DNA of 64,000 nt from Bacteroidales bacterium (GTDB lineage: Bacteria; Bacteroidota; Bacteroidia; Bacteroidales; VadinHA17), in assembly GCA_049294275.1 (NCBI GenBank), contig JBAQCQ010000050.1, positions 7,729 through 71,728 on the forward strand, written 5' to 3'. Position 1 is the first letter of the stretch. Each line of letters starts with the position of its first letter. Shown one piece after another: positions 9,309 to 19,550 of this stretch. Position numbers and translations under genes: made by a program. The notes beneath the pieces are model-generated. The model was not told the origin of the DNA. It was given only the letters and a program-made list of their open reading frames with translations, and made no database searches.

Positions 9309-11414
9309 TCAGCTGATATCACTCCACGAATACTTCTTCCCGAAAAGTCTCCGGAGCGTGGCCCTGAGCACCTGGTTATCCGGGTGCGACAGCTCAGGGT
9401 CATCACCCAGGATCTCCTCTGCCCGCGACCGGGCGAGGTTGAGTATCTGCCCATCCTTGCCGAGATCAGCAATCTTAAGGTCGAAGGCCATTCCGCTCTG
9501 CTGCGTCCCCTCGAGGTCACCCGGCCCGCGCATGCGGAGATCGGCCTCTGCTATCTCGAAGCCGTCGTTTGTCGCTATCATCGTGTTGATGCGCTCAGAA
9601 GCCTCTGCAGAGCGCTTGTGCGATGTCATCAGTATGCAGTACGACTGGTCGGCGCCACGGCCCACCCGCCCCCTCAGCTGGTGCAGCTGAGACAGGCCGA
9701 AGCGCTCGGCGCTCTCTATCACCATCACACTTGCATTGGGAATGTCAACCCCTACCTCTATGACGGTTGTTGCAACCATTATCTGGGCCTGGCCGCGGCG
9801 GAACAGGTTCATCGAAATCTCCTTGTCCTTCGAAGTCATCCGGCCATGCACCACGCTGATACAATACTGAGGCGGAGGGAATGCCCGGGCCATGCTTTCC
9901 AAACCATCCTCAAGATCTTTGTAATCAAGCGATTCGGACTCACTTATCAACGGGTAAACAACGTATACCTGCCTGCCGTCCTCTATCTGCCTCCGCATGA
10001 AGCCGAACACCTTCTCGCGCTCTGCGTCCGTGAAACTCATCGTCTTTACCGGCTTGCGCCCGGGAGGCATCTCATCAATAACCGAGACATCAAGGTCTCC
10101 GTAGAGGGTCATCGCCAGGGTACGGGGAATAGGAGTGGCCGTCATAACAAGCACATGAGGCGGGCATTCGCTCTTCTGCCACAGCCTGGCCCTCTGCGCC
10201 ACACCAAAGCGGTGCTGCTCGTCAATTATCACCAGCCCGAGGTTCTTATACTTCACGGTCTCCTCAATAAGCGCATGCGTCCCTACCAGAATAGATATGC
10301 TCCCGTCAAGCAACCCGTTCTCTATCCGCACCCGCTCACTGCGCTTCGTCGAGCCGGTGAGCAGAGCCGCTTCGGCGTTAATCCCGCTTATAAACCGGCT
10401 GATAGAATTGAAATGCTGTATGGCAAGCACTTCAGTAGGAGCCATCAGGCAGCTCTGGAAGCCGTTGTCGGCCCCGATAAGCATGCTCATAAGCGCAACC
10501 ATCGTCTTGCCGCTTCCCACATCGCCCTGCAGAAGCCTGTTCATCTGTCGGCCGCTGCCGAGATCCGCCCTGATCTCCCGTATAACTCTTTTCTGAGCCT
10601 CAGTCAGTGCAAAAGGCAGGTTGTTGGCGTAAAACGAATTTAGCCTCTCGCCAACCACCGAGAAGAGAAACCCGCGTGTGTTCTTCGCCCGGCTGCCCTT
10701 GTATCTCAGGAGATTGAGCTGTATATAGAAAAGCTCCTCGAACTTCAGCCTGAAACGGGCTTTGTCTATGTCGAGGTTGGAGTCAGGAAAATGAATGCGG
10801 AAGAGGGCATCGGAGAGACTCATCAGCTTCATCTGCCCTGTAATGGAGTCAGGCAGTGTCTCCGCTAAGCGAAGCGAGGGCTGCGAGAAGGCGGTCGCCA
10901 TCAGCTTAGCGATGGCTTTCGAATGCAGAAAATGATCCTTCATCTTCTCGGTTGTGCTGTACTGAGCCTCGAATGCAGAGGAGACCCTCGTTTCCCGCTT
11001 ATCAGCCTCTTCCACCTCCGGATGGACTATGTTGAAGGCACCGCTGAAGAGAGAAGGTTTACCATATATAATATACTCTTTTTCAATTTTATAGGCGTTG
11101 AGAACCCATTTATGGCCCTTGAACCATACCAATCTGACCATACCTGTCTCGTCATAGAAATCAGCGGTGAGCCTCGTGCCCCTGCCGCCACCCTCAGTTG
11201 AAAAACGGCGAATCTTACCCCTGACCTGTACGTACTGCATGTCGGTGTCAAGCTCACTGACCTTGTAAAAACGGGTCTTGTCAATATACTTGTAGGGAAA
11301 ATAGTAGATGAGGTCCCTGAATGTATGTATGTCAGCCTCCGCCTCAAGCAGTTCAGCCCGCTTCGGACCAACACCGGGAAGGAATTTTATCTCACTGTCA
11401 AGCAGTTCAGACAT
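9309..11414 (-). CDS. recG: ATP-dependent DNA helicase RecG
   Basis: 701 aa with Walker A GDVGSGKT, DEQH box IIDEQHRFGV, an N-terminal wedge/OB region and C-terminal helicase motifs (QLRGRVGRG). Confidence 0.95.
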   Translation of the reverse strand: MSELLDSEIKFLPGVGPKRAELLEAEADIHTFRDLIYYFPYKYIDKTRFYKVSELDTDMQYVQVRGKIRRFSTEGGGRGTRLTADFYDETGMVRLVWFKGHKWVLNAYKIEKEYIIYGKPSLFSGAFNIVHPEVEEADKRETRVSSAFEAQYSTTEKMKDHFLHSKAIAKLMATAFSQPSLRLAETLPDSITGQMKLMSLSDALFRIHFPDSNLDIDKARFRLKFEELFYIQLNLLRYKGSRAKNTRGFLFSVVGERLNSFYANNLPFALTEAQKRVIREIRADLGSGRQMNRLLQGDVGSGKTMVALMSMLIGADNGFQSCLMAPTEVLAIQHFNSISRFISGINAEAALLTGSTKRSERVRIENGLLDGSISILVGTHALIEETVKYKNLGLVIIDEQHRFGVAQRARLWQKSECPPHVLVMTATPIPRTLAMTLYGDLDVSVIDEMPPGRKPVKTMSFTDAEREKVFGFMRRQIEDGRQVYVVYPLISESESLDYKDLEDGLESMARAFPPPQYCISVVHGRMTSKDKEISMNLFRRGQAQIMVATTVIEVGVDIPNASVMVIESAERFGLSQLHQLRGRVGRGADQSYCILMTSHKRSAEASERINTMIATNDGFEIAEADLRMRGPGDLEGTQQSGMAFDLKIADLGKDGQILNLARSRAEEILGDDPELSHPDNQVLRATLRRLFGKKYSWSDIS

Positions 11415-11449
11415 CTGGTAAGGTAAAAATGATACTCACCGAAAATAGT

Positions 11450-11457
11450 TAAATTTG
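11450..11457 (+). promoter_or_regulatory. Candidate Bacteroidota -7 promoter box (TAnnTTTG) for the methyltransferase gene
   Basis: Exact match taaatttg, 29 nt upstream of ATG 11487. Confidence 0.4.
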
Positions 11458-11486
11458 CCCGGCTTTCAAATTGGCTGACTGAGTTA

Positions 11487-12425
11487 ATGAACCTTTATCC
11501 TGTGATGGCCTTTGTCAGACACCTGTTAACTGCCAGGAGCACGGCAGGACACGGGGTGCACAGTCCGTTCGTCTTTGATTTTCTGACAAATGTGGTCCGG
11601 GGAAAGGGTGACCCGAAAATTTCCGTCGAGGTTGAGAGTCTTCGTCGGGAGATGCGCTCTGACCGGCGAACAGTAATGGTAACCGACCTCGGAGCAGGCT
11701 CAGCCACTCGGAAAGGAGAGGAGCGAAGGATTTCAGAAATTGCAGGCACGGCCGCGATGCCTCCCAGGCAGGCAGGATTGCTGGCAAGGATAGCACAGAG
11801 TGAAGTGTTCAGGACTCAGGGTGAAGGGCTCAGAGCGAAGGGCTCAGAGCTCAGGACTCAGGGTGAAGAGCTCAGAGCTAAGAGCATTCAGGGAGCGAAT
11901 AAGCACAGTTCCGCGAAAACGGGCGGGCTCAGGGAACGTACCTCGGAGAGAGTGTCAGACGATTCAATTATACTGGAACTTGGAACATCACTCGGGATAA
12001 GCACACTGGCGCTGGCGCTTGCGGCTCCGGAGAGACAGGTGGTGACCGTTGAGGGTTGCCCGGCGCTTGCGGAAATTGCCCGGCAAAACCTCCTCAGACA
12101 CGGCGCCGTAAACGTCACGGTGATTAACATGGAGTTCAGCAAGGCACTCGAAATGCTCAGGACCCACGGAACAACCGTCTCCCTGGCCTTCATAGATGGC
12201 AACCACAGGGGCACGGCCCTGAAACAGTACACTGAAATCATACTGTCAATGGGGAATGAAATGATCATCGTGGCCGACGACATTCATCTCACCCGCGAAA
12301 TGTACGGAGCATGGCGCTCACTGGCATCATCGGACATTGCCGCTGCAACCATGGAAACATTCCGGTTCGGAATCCTCTTCTGTCACCGCAACCTTACACC
12401 GGGAGACTACCGCATCAGACATTAA
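11487..12425 (+). CDS. Class I SAM-dependent methyltransferase (O-methyltransferase-like) carrying a repeat-derived internal insert
   Basis: 312 aa with the N-terminal conserved HGVHSPFVFDF and SAM motif I ILELGTSLGIS, followed by FIDGNH...VADDIH. About 56 low-complexity residues (aa 105-160) lie between the N-terminal region and motif I. Confidence 0.75.
   Translation: MNLYPVMAFVRHLLTARSTAGHGVHSPFVFDFLTNVVRGKGDPKISVEVESLRREMRSDRRTVMVTDLGAGSATRKGEERRISEIAGTAAMPPRQAGLLARIAQSEVFRTQGEGLRAKGSELRTQGEELRAKSIQGANKHSSAKTGGLRERTSERVSDDSIILELGTSLGISTLALALAAPERQVVTVEGCPALAEIARQNLLRHGAVNVTVINMEFSKALEMLRTHGTTVSLAFIDGNHRGTALKQYTEIILSMGNEMIIVADDIHLTREMYGAWRSLASSDIAAATMETFRFGILFCHRNLTPGDYRIRH
11809..11885. 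repeat. Period-7 tandem array inside a coding sequence (11 heptads; 28-nt unit repeated at 42-nt offset)
   Basis: tcaggac tcagggt gaagggc tcagagc gaagggc tcagagc tcaggac tcagggt gaagagc tcagagc taagagc. Positions 11809-11836 and 11851-11878 differ at 1 of 28 nt. In frame the array reads FRTQGEGLRAKGSELRTQGEELRAK. Confidence 0.9.
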
Positions 12426-12496
12426 CAAAAAATAACAACATCATAACATATTTATAGAGGATTTTGAACTAATTTCGGGACTTTAACAAAAAAGGC

Positions 12497-13207
12497 ATGG
12501 ATAAGGTCATAGAGATACATGAGATAATAAAGAATTACCAGGTTGGCTCAGTGATTGTCAGAGCACTCCGGTCGGTATCACTTGAGATAAAGAGAAACGA
12601 GTACGTGGCCATCATGGGCCCTTCAGGGTCAGGCAAATCGACCCTGATGAATATACTGGGCTGCCTCGACACTCCTACAAAAGGACAGTACATCCTTAAC
12701 GGTACCGACGTCAGCAAGATGGAAGATGACAGGCTCGCCGAGATACGCAACAAGGAGATCGGTTTCGTCTTCCAGACATTTAACCTCCTGCCCAGATACA
12801 CAGCACTCGAGAATGTGACCCTGCCGCTGATTTATGCCGGTGTTCCCCGACATGAAAGGGATGATCATGCCAAAAGGGTACTTGACCTTGTGGGACTGAC
12901 CGACAGGATGACCCACAAACCAAATGAACTGTCAGGCGGTCAGCGCCAGAGAGTCGCAATTGCCAGGGCCATGGTAAACGACCCCTCTATAATACTTGCC
13001 GACGAGCCTACAGGTAACCTCGACAGTAAAACTTCATATGACATCATGGGCCTTCTTGACAAAATCCACGATAACGGCAATACTGTCATCGTCGTGACCC
13101 ACGAGGAGGATATCGCACGCCACGCACACCGTATCATTAAACTGATGGACGGTGAAGTGTCGGCCGATTACATGAATGAATACCGCATTGAGGTAAGAAC
13201 GAAATAG
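12497..13207 (+). CDS. ABC transporter ATP-binding protein (MacB/LolD-like)
   Basis: 236 aa with Walker [10 protein letters not shown], signature LSGGQRQR and Walker [12 protein letters not shown]. No permease gene is adjacent. Confidence 0.9.
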   Translation: MDKVIEIHEIIKNYQVGSVIVRALRSVSLEIKRNEYVAIMGPSGSGKSTLMNILGCLDTPTKGQYILNGTDVSKMEDDRLAEIRNKEIGFVFQTFNLLPRYTALENVTLPLIYAGVPRHERDDHAKRVLDLVGLTDRMTHKPNELSGGQRQRVAIARAMVNDPSIILADEPTGNLDSKTSYDIMGLLDKIHDNGNTVIVVTHEEDIARHAHRIIKLMDGEVSADYMNEYRIEVRTK

Positions 13208-13226
13208 AGTTTCTTCACTCCCCGCA

Positions 13227-13778
13227 ATGAAGATCTATACCAAAACAGGTGACAGGGGAGAGACATCCGTTATCGGGGGCATAAGACTCCCGAAACATCA
13301 TCCCCGCATTGAAGCCTACGGCACTGTCGATGAACTCATTGCCTGGATCGGATTGCTGAGGGCAGCCGAACAGTCATGCGTATCAAAAGATGAACTTATC
13401 ACAATTCAGTCCGTTCTGATGTCATGCTGTTCTGTCATCGCAACACACCCAACAGCCAGAGTACCGGAGGGAATAAGCATAGATGACACATCGGAGCTTG
13501 AAAAGTCAATAGACAGAATGGAGACCGGCCTGCCGAAACTGACCTCTTTTGTGCTACCAGGAGGCCATCCGGCAGCAGCACAATGTAATATCGCACGCAC
13601 CGTCTGCCGGAGGGCCGAACGCGCGCTCCTGCGCCTCAACGAATCCGAAAAAATCGATCCCCATGTGGTCAAATACCTCAACCGCCTCTCCGATTATCTA
13701 TTCGTGCTGACCAGGTGCCTGTCATATGAATCAGGAACAGAGGAAGTTAGGTGGATCCCATATAAAAAGGTGAAATAA
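13227..13778 (+). CDS. ATP:cob(I)alamin adenosyltransferase, PduO/MMAB type
   Basis: 183 aa. The N-terminus MKIYTKTGDRGETS...RIEAYGTVDEL and the central LPGG motif are characteristic of the PduO-type family. Confidence 0.9.
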   Translation: MKIYTKTGDRGETSVIGGIRLPKHHPRIEAYGTVDELIAWIGLLRAAEQSCVSKDELITIQSVLMSCCSVIATHPTARVPEGISIDDTSELEKSIDRMETGLPKLTSFVLPGGHPAAAQCNIARTVCRRAERALLRLNESEKIDPHVVKYLNRLSDYLFVLTRCLSYESGTEEVRWIPYKKVK

Positions 13779-13823
13779 TCTCCACAAAAAATTCCCTTAC
13801 TCTTTTTTTATTCTAAATAATTT

Positions 13824-13831
13824 TATATTTG
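13824..13831 (+). promoter_or_regulatory. Candidate -7 promoter box (TAnnTTTG) for the DUF2795-like gene
   Basis: Exact match tatatttg, 38 nt upstream of ATG 13870. Confidence 0.4.
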
Positions 13832-13869
13832 CGGACTTTAAGAAGGGTAATAATATAACTTTCTCAGAT

Positions 13870-14091
13870 ATGTATTGGACACTTGAATTAGCATCGAAAC
13901 TCGAGGATGCCCCCTGGCCAGCAACCAAGGACGAACTCATTGATTTTGCCATACGGTCAGGTGCCCCTATGGAAGTCATCGAAAACCTGCAGGAAATTGA
14001 AGATGAAGGTGATATTTACGAAAGTATAGAAGATATCTGGCCCGACTATCCATCAAAAGACGATTTTTTCTTCAACGAAGACGAATATTAA
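13870..14091 (+). CDS. Small acidic DUF2795-like protein
   Basis: 73-aa ORF MYWTLELASKLEDAPWPATKDELIDFAIRSGAP..., which I recall as the conserved Bacteroidota DUF2795 pattern. It has its own -7 box and lies in a clean intergenic setting. Confidence 0.7.
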   Translation: MYWTLELASKLEDAPWPATKDELIDFAIRSGAPMEVIENLQEIEDEGDIYESIEDIWPDYPSKDDFFFNEDEY

Positions 14092-14120
14092 TCACCAAGC
14101 TTGGCATTTTACTAAATATT

Positions 14121-14147
14121 AGAATATCAGATAGTTCCTGATATTCT
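14121..14147. terminator. Hairpin between convergent genes (possible terminator, no U-tract)
   Basis: A 10-bp stem agaatatcag/ctgatattct with a 7-nt loop. It overlaps the stop codon of the OstA-like gene. There is no flanking T-run, so support is weak. Confidence 0.3.
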
Positions 14148-15738
14148 ACTCCATTTCGCCAAGGTCCTTTTTCACCTCATAACCTCTTAAAGGACGCAGT
14201 TCCGGGTGCCACCTGAAACCGTCAAGCCTTCTTTCAGACTCAGGTTTTATCAAAGGCGGATCCATGACCCCGTCAGGACTCTGGTTCTGGTATATCTCCG
14301 CAATCTTTCCCTCTTCAATGAAAATCTCAATGGAGGCGCTTCTTGCCCTGTTCACCCCAACAAGCTCATTCCCGTCGACCACATAGTAAATTGCCTCGCC
14401 GTTGCCGATGACCTTGATCCGGCGCAGCTTGTTGTCAATAAAATAGCCTGACAGGTTTTTCCCGCTTATCTGGTCAAACCGTGCCGTGTCGACCTCACTG
14501 ACCACGAAAGCATTGTTGTACAGCTCCATATGGTCAGCCTTGCTGTTTACGGTGTAGAGTACAATTGAATCCGCCGTGAGTTGGTTCTCCCGTGACCAGA
14601 CTATGGGGCCCTGGTAGAGCCTGATTACTGAATCACGGAAGGAGTAAGCCAGCGAGTCGCATCGTCCCTGCATCTCGTGGCTGAACATGGTACATCCGTA
14701 ATAGGCCTTGAGAAGCCTGTGGCTGACACCTGCAGTGTCGGCAACAGGTATTGCCCTGAGAGTGTCTGCCCTGAGAGTCAGAGTGTCATCATCGGAGAAA
14801 ATCGTGAACCACGGAGTACCAGTAAGCAGAATCTTCTCAGGCCGCTTGAAGTACTTTGCATAATCCCCGCCACCGGTAATGTTGTCGGTGGTATCAGTGA
14901 TGGTCACATGGCCGAATCCTTCACCCTCGCCTTTCTTCTCATCATACCACAGGGTGTCGCCGGTGATCCGCTGCTCACGGTTATCAAGCACGGCGTTCTT
15001 CATCAGTTCCGAGATGTCATTGCGTGTATCGCTCCACCCGTTCTCGCAGTAGAGATAGATGCTGTCGCCCAGGACCTCTGTAGGTCCTGCAAACCAGGCG
15101 ATTTCATTGTTGGTGTCATAACGCATGGTGTCAGCGCGCATGACATAGTCGGGGTTTACAATTTTAACACTGTCACGGAAGTGCAGCATTTTCTGGCTCG
15201 AATAGTAGATCCCCACCCTGCTTGTCAGCGTATTGTCACCGCTGAGGATACGCCCACCGGTGTCATAATTGGCCACCTGCGTGTTGACATCGTAGTCGAC
15301 CTTTTCGGTGAACAACCGCATCTCATTGTCTGCCAGCACAACGCTGTCGGTCATTACGGCCTTGCCGGAGTCACCGGAGTATGTCAGGTACTGTCCCCAT
15401 ATATGGATGGTGTCACCCTGCCATATGTGGATTCTGCTGAAGGCGAAGACCTGGTTGGTATCGTCATAATACCAGGCGCTGTCACAATCCATGAAGAGGT
15501 CATTGTGCTTAAGGCTTACATTACCGTTCAGCCTGTTGCTTGAGCGACCCATGGTCCGGTCAAACCGCATCGAGTCTGAATGCAGGATCTCAACCCTGCG
15601 GCGGCCTGCCGGCTGCTGACCTGATGTCTGCTGTCCCGACGCTTCGGCAGGCAACAAAAAAAGGGCTGCCGGCAGCAACAAATAAACCGGGATGAAGAAA
15701 AAGAGACGCAGCAGCGCTATCTTATCTATTCGAACCAT
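14146..15738 (-). CDS. OstA-like (LptD N-terminal-domain family) envelope protein
   Basis: 530 aa with a signal/anchor sequence and repeated beta-jellyroll-like segments (…LHSDSMRFD…LNGNVSL…DCDSAWYY…). It is the last gene of the guaB/SurA-like/OstA-like string conserved in Bacteroidota. Confidence 0.65.
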   Translation of the reverse strand: MVRIDKIALLRLFFFIPVYLLLPAALFLLPAEASGQQTSGQQPAGRRRVEILHSDSMRFDRTMGRSSNRLNGNVSLKHNDLFMDCDSAWYYDDTNQVFAFSRIHIWQGDTIHIWGQYLTYSGDSGKAVMTDSVVLADNEMRLFTEKVDYDVNTQVANYDTGGRILSGDNTLTSRVGIYYSSQKMLHFRDSVKIVNPDYVMRADTMRYDTNNEIAWFAGPTEVLGDSIYLYCENGWSDTRNDISELMKNAVLDNREQRITGDTLWYDEKKGEGEGFGHVTITDTTDNITGGGDYAKYFKRPEKILLTGTPWFTIFSDDDTLTLRADTLRAIPVADTAGVSHRLLKAYYGCTMFSHEMQGRCDSLAYSFRDSVIRLYQGPIVWSRENQLTADSIVLYTVNSKADHMELYNNAFVVSEVDTARFDQISGKNLSGYFIDNKLRRIKVIGNGEAIYYVVDGNELVGVNRARSASIEIFIEEGKIAEIYQNQSPDGVMDPPLIKPESERRLDGFRWHPELRPLRGYEVKKDLGEME

Positions 15739-17075
15739 CCGGAATAGTGGAACTTGCAGTCCCGGAAATCCTCGCTGACACGAATGTATGTCCTTTTGAT
15801 CTTATCTTTGATCCACTCCTCGTATTTCCTGCCCTGCTTGTCCCTGAGCGCCGCCTCGGCGAGGTAGCTGTAATCATCCTTCATGTTCACACTGTGCGGT
15901 GCGATCTCATCGTCGAGCCTGATGATGCAATAGATGCTGTTGCCTTTTGCATCGGTGGTCCGGAAAGGTTCGGAGATCTCTCCCAGTTTCATGTTACGGA
16001 CAACCAGGTTAACCTCCTTGGACAACTCATCCAGGGTCAGCCATTCGACGCGGTCAGACGGGTTTGAACTGACCATCTTTCCTCCGTTTGCCCTTGTTGT
16101 CCTGTCTGATGAATACCTCATTGCCGCCTGCTTGAACGTGAGGCTGTCACTGCGTATCAGCGCTGCGATGCTGTCAAGCTTGAGGATTGCCCATTCGGTT
16201 TGGTTTGCTGACAGTTTCGGCTTCATGAGTATATGGCGCGAGTTCACCATATCACCCTTCCTGTCGACCAGCTGGATAATGTGAAAGCCGAACTCGGTCT
16301 CTACGATTTTGGAAACAACATCCTTCTTCAGGCTCCATGCTGCCTCTGCGTAAGGCTTGGCAAGCTCACCCCTGAGAGTATAGCCGGTCTCGCCTCCTTT
16401 TGGCGCAGTACCCGGATCCTCGGAATAGAGGATGGCCAGGGTGCTGAAACTCTCGCCGTTGATTATCCGGCTGCGAAGGTCAAGCAGCTTCTGGCGTACC
16501 TCAGCCTTGCTGGCCTCCATGTCAGGCGGTTCAACCGAGATTATGCTCAGCTGTACCTTTCGTGGCACCAGTGGCAGGGAATCCTTCGGAATGCTGTTGA
16601 AATACTTCTTTATCTCATCCGGGGTGACAGTGATGTTCTGGGCAATCGTTCCCTGGGTCTCCTGTACAATGTACTGGTTGGTGAGCATCTCCCGCAGATC
16701 CTGCCTGATCTCAGCCATGCTCTTGTTGAAGTATGATTCAAGCGCCTGCTCTGAACCGGCGCGTCTGATATATTCCGTCAGCCGGCTGGTCAGGTCTGCC
16801 TCCACTGACTCGGGTGACACCTCTATGGAGTCTATGCGTGCCTGGTCGAGGAAAAGCTTCTGAATGAGCATATCCTCAAACACCCGGCACCGCAGCAGAT
16901 CAACAGGAGTCGGGTCCCGCTCCGCTTTAAGCTGCACCACCTGTCCCTCAACCTCCGAGAGGTAAATGACCTCATTTCCCACGACGCCAACTATCGATTC
17001 AACTATCTGTTGTCCGGCCGCACCGTACCCCGCAAACATCAGCAGCACCGGTAAAATCAATATCCTTTTGTTCAT
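15726..17075 (-). CDS. SurA-like periplasmic chaperone / parvulin-type peptidyl-prolyl isomerase
   Basis: 449 aa with a signal peptide, a SurA N-terminal-like region and a parvulin core (…ETEFGFHIIQLVDRKGD…). Confidence 0.85.
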   Translation of the reverse strand: MNKRILILPVLLMFAGYGAAGQQIVESIVGVVGNEVIYLSEVEGQVVQLKAERDPTPVDLLRCRVFEDMLIQKLFLDQARIDSIEVSPESVEADLTSRLTEYIRRAGSEQALESYFNKSMAEIRQDLREMLTNQYIVQETQGTIAQNITVTPDEIKKYFNSIPKDSLPLVPRKVQLSIISVEPPDMEASKAEVRQKLLDLRSRIINGESFSTLAILYSEDPGTAPKGGETGYTLRGELAKPYAEAAWSLKKDVVSKIVETEFGFHIIQLVDRKGDMVNSRHILMKPKLSANQTEWAILKLDSIAALIRSDSLTFKQAAMRYSSDRTTRANGGKMVSSNPSDRVEWLTLDELSKEVNLVVRNMKLGEISEPFRTTDAKGNSIYCIIRLDDEIAPHSVNMKDDYSYLAEAALRDKQGRKYEEWIKDKIKRTYIRVSEDFRDCKFHYSGWFE

Positions 17076-17090
17076 TCTTTCCTTTTTGTT

Positions 17091-17939
17091 CTAGTAGACT
17101 TTCAGGGTGTTGCTCCTGACTGCCTCGTTGTAAATACCGTCTTCAAGTTTCTGCAGGAATTCGTTCCTGCGGTTATTCATTATGATTGTCTTCACCTGCC
17201 CCCTGATATATTCGAAAGGAGCCACGCTGTTTCTGAGCTTGTATTCCCTTATGGCAATGAAATAGACATACTGGTCATCCTTAAGCTCCACCGCGCTGTT
17301 CCTTGCAAGCCACTCTTCCTGACTTGATGACTCGAGCGGCACCTCCATCAGGAGCTGAGTGAATGGTATCCACTCTTCATTGTAGTCGTCATACCTGACT
17401 GCATACTGGAAGCAGAGATCCTCAAGGGCATTCAGGTCAGCCGGTTCTGATGACCTGTAGAGCTTCCTTATCCTGTCGAGATCAGGCGTCGTTGCCGGCA
17501 CCTTGACGAAAAGCGCCCTGACAAGGTTTGATGTAAGGGTAAAGGTGCTGAGATTGCCAACATAGTAATCCTGCAACTCATTGTCAGTGACTGCGGTATC
17601 AAGCCTCTGAATGATCATCTGCTGCTGGTACTGGTATATCAGCAGGTTGTTTCTCATCTCGTTCAGCTGCCTGTTCACCTCAGCCTTGTATTCGGGTGTC
17701 AGGTTTTCCTCAGCCCTTATGGCCAGAAGCTCCTTGCGTGCCCACTGACGGATGTAACTCTGCACGGCAGAGATGCTGTCAGTCTCGCTCATACCGCTCA
17801 ACACCAGCCCAGTCGGAATCTGGTCAAGATAAAGCACCCTGTCACCGGCACGGGCCACCGCAACACGCTCAGTCTCTTTCACTGCCTGATTGCATGCAAC
17901 GGTGAGCAACAGGATTATCGGTAGGGCAAGCCGCATCAT
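17091..17939 (-). CDS. Lipoprotein, SurA-N-terminal-like chaperone domain (no PPIase core recognised)
   Basis: 282 aa with lipobox LLTVAC. It lies between guaB and the SurA-like gene. The function is inferred from context only. Confidence 0.5.
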   Translation of the reverse strand: MMRLALPIILLLTVACNQAVKETERVAVARAGDRVLYLDQIPTGLVLSGMSETDSISAVQSYIRQWARKELLAIRAEENLTPEYKAEVNRQLNEMRNNLLIYQYQQQMIIQRLDTAVTDNELQDYYVGNLSTFTLTSNLVRALFVKVPATTPDLDRIRKLYRSSEPADLNALEDLCFQYAVRYDDYNEEWIPFTQLLMEVPLESSSQEEWLARNSAVELKDDQYVYFIAIREYKLRNSVAPFEYIRGQVKTIIMNNRRNEFLQKLEDGIYNEAVRSNTLKVY

Positions 17940-17941
17940 GA

Positions 17942-19432
17942 TCAGTATTCGTTTACCTTCCTGCTGTAGTTAGGTGCCTCACGGGTTATGGTCACATCAT
18001 GCGGATGGCTCTCGATGACGCCGGCGCTTGTGACCCTGACAAAACGCCCGTCCCTCTTCAGTGTGGGTATGTCGCGCGCTCCGCAGTAACCCATGCCTGA
18101 GCGGAGTCCGCCAAGGAACTGGTATATTACCTCATTCAGTGTTCCTTTGTACGGAACGCGTGCCGTAATTCCTTCGGGAACAAGCTTATGGATGTCATCC
18201 TCCATGTCCTGGAAGTACCGGTCCTTGGAGCCCATCTGCATCGCTTCGACTGAACCCATGCCGCGGTATGTCTTGAATTTCCTGCCGTTATAGATTATTG
18301 TTTCGCCGGGCGACTCCTCAACGCCGGCAAAGAGCGACCCCGCCATCACGCAGTCAGCTCCTGCCGCCAGCGCCTTGACTATATCACCCGAATAGCGGAT
18401 CCCACCGTCAGCTATTACCGGAACACCGCTTCCGTCAATGGCTCTCGCCACGTTGTATATGGCGGAGAGCTGAGGTACTCCGACACCTGCGACAACCCTG
18501 GTCGTGCATATCGATCCGGGCCCGATGCCCACCTTGACTGCATCTGCTCCCTCGTCAACCAGCCTTTTCGCGGCATCAGCCGTACCTATATTGCCGACAA
18601 CAATCTCCGTTCCGGGAAAAATCTTCTTTATCTCATTCAGAATCTCAATCACACTTTTGGTATGGCCGTGAGCGGTGTCAATGGCTATAGCGTCAACTCC
18701 GGCGCCGACAAGCGCCTCGACCCTCGAGAGTGTGTTGGGCGCGATGCCAACCGCGGCGGCAACCCTCAGGCGCCCCTTGTCATCCTTGCACGCATTGGGT
18801 CTGTCCTTTGCCTTCGTGATATCCTTGTAGGTCACCAGCCCTTTCAGCCTTCCCTTTTCATCGACAATCGGAAGCTTTTCGATCTTGTGTATCTGCAGGA
18901 TCTCTGCCGCCGCTGCCAGGTCAGTCTGGTGACTGAGTGTGATCAGCTTCGACTGCGGAGTCATGATCTCGCTTATCCGGTGAGAATAGTCCGTCTCAAA
19001 ACGCAGGTCCCTGTTCGTTACAATGCCAACCAGCGCACCGTCGTCATTGACAACAGGTATGCCGCCTATCTTGAACTCCTTCATCAGCGCAAGGGCATCA
19101 GCCACGGTGGCGTTGTCATTGATTGTCACCGGGTCAAAGATCATCACGCTCTCGGCACGCTTGACCTTCCTTACCTGGGCAGCCTGCTGCCCGATAGACA
19201 TGTTCTTGTGGATAACGCCTATGCCTCCCTCACGGGCAATGGCTATTGCCAGCTCCGCATCGGTCACCGTATCCATCGCCGCCGAGACAATCGGGGTGTT
19301 GATACCTACGTTGCGGGTGAACTTCGATCTCAGATCAACGTCGCGGGGCAGGACTTCCGAATAGGCCGGAAGAAGCAGCACGTCATCGAAGGTCAGACCT
19401 TCGAAAAGCAGTTTATCTTCACTGAATGACAT
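17942..19432 (-). CDS. guaB: IMP dehydrogenase
   Basis: 496 aa with a CBS pair and the catalytic loop [11 protein letters not shown]. The sequence is IMPDH-like along its full length. Confidence 0.97.
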   Translation of the reverse strand: MSFSEDKLLFEGLTFDDVLLLPAYSEVLPRDVDLRSKFTRNVGINTPIVSAAMDTVTDAELAIAIAREGGIGVIHKNMSIGQQAAQVRKVKRAESVMIFDPVTINDNATVADALALMKEFKIGGIPVVNDDGALVGIVTNRDLRFETDYSHRISEIMTPQSKLITLSHQTDLAAAAEILQIHKIEKLPIVDEKGRLKGLVTYKDITKAKDRPNACKDDKGRLRVAAAVGIAPNTLSRVEALVGAGVDAIAIDTAHGHTKSVIEILNEIKKIFPGTEIVVGNIGTADAAKRLVDEGADAVKVGIGPGSICTTRVVAGVGVPQLSAIYNVARAIDGSGVPVIADGGIRYSGDIVKALAAGADCVMAGSLFAGVEESPGETIIYNGRKFKTYRGMGSVEAMQMGSKDRYFQDMEDDIHKLVPEGITARVPYKGTLNEVIYQFLGGLRSGMGYCGARDIPTLKRDGRFVRVTSAGVIESHPHDVTITREAPNYSRKVNEY

Positions 19433-19527
19433 CGGGCAAGGTTTATTTGGGGCGAAAATTACAAAAAATTGCCATGCACCGGCATATCTAAAATGTCAAT
19501 AAAAGGTTAAAAATGAGATTGAGTTAT

Positions 19528-19535
19528 TAAATTTG
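19528..19535 (+). promoter_or_regulatory. Candidate -7 promoter box (TAnnTTTG) for recQ
   Basis: Exact match taaatttg, 15 nt upstream of ATG 19551. Confidence 0.4.
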
Positions 19536-19550
19536 TATTAATCAGGCTGC

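Noticed and set aside
9177-10643. 488-aa plus-strand ORF, the longest unannotated ORF in the track
   Set aside because: It is entirely antisense to recG, whose helicase motifs are unambiguous. It starts inside the heptad arrays, and its translation is Arg/Leu/His/Pro-rich low-complexity sequence with no recognisable motif. It is a typical shadow ORF of a GC-biased codon frame.
12497-13207. Orphan MacB/LolD-type ABC ATPase without a permease as a sign of a disrupted or novel transporter
   Set aside because: Stand-alone lolD-like ATPase genes whose permease partners are encoded elsewhere are common in Bacteroidota. Nothing in the sequence suggests truncation.
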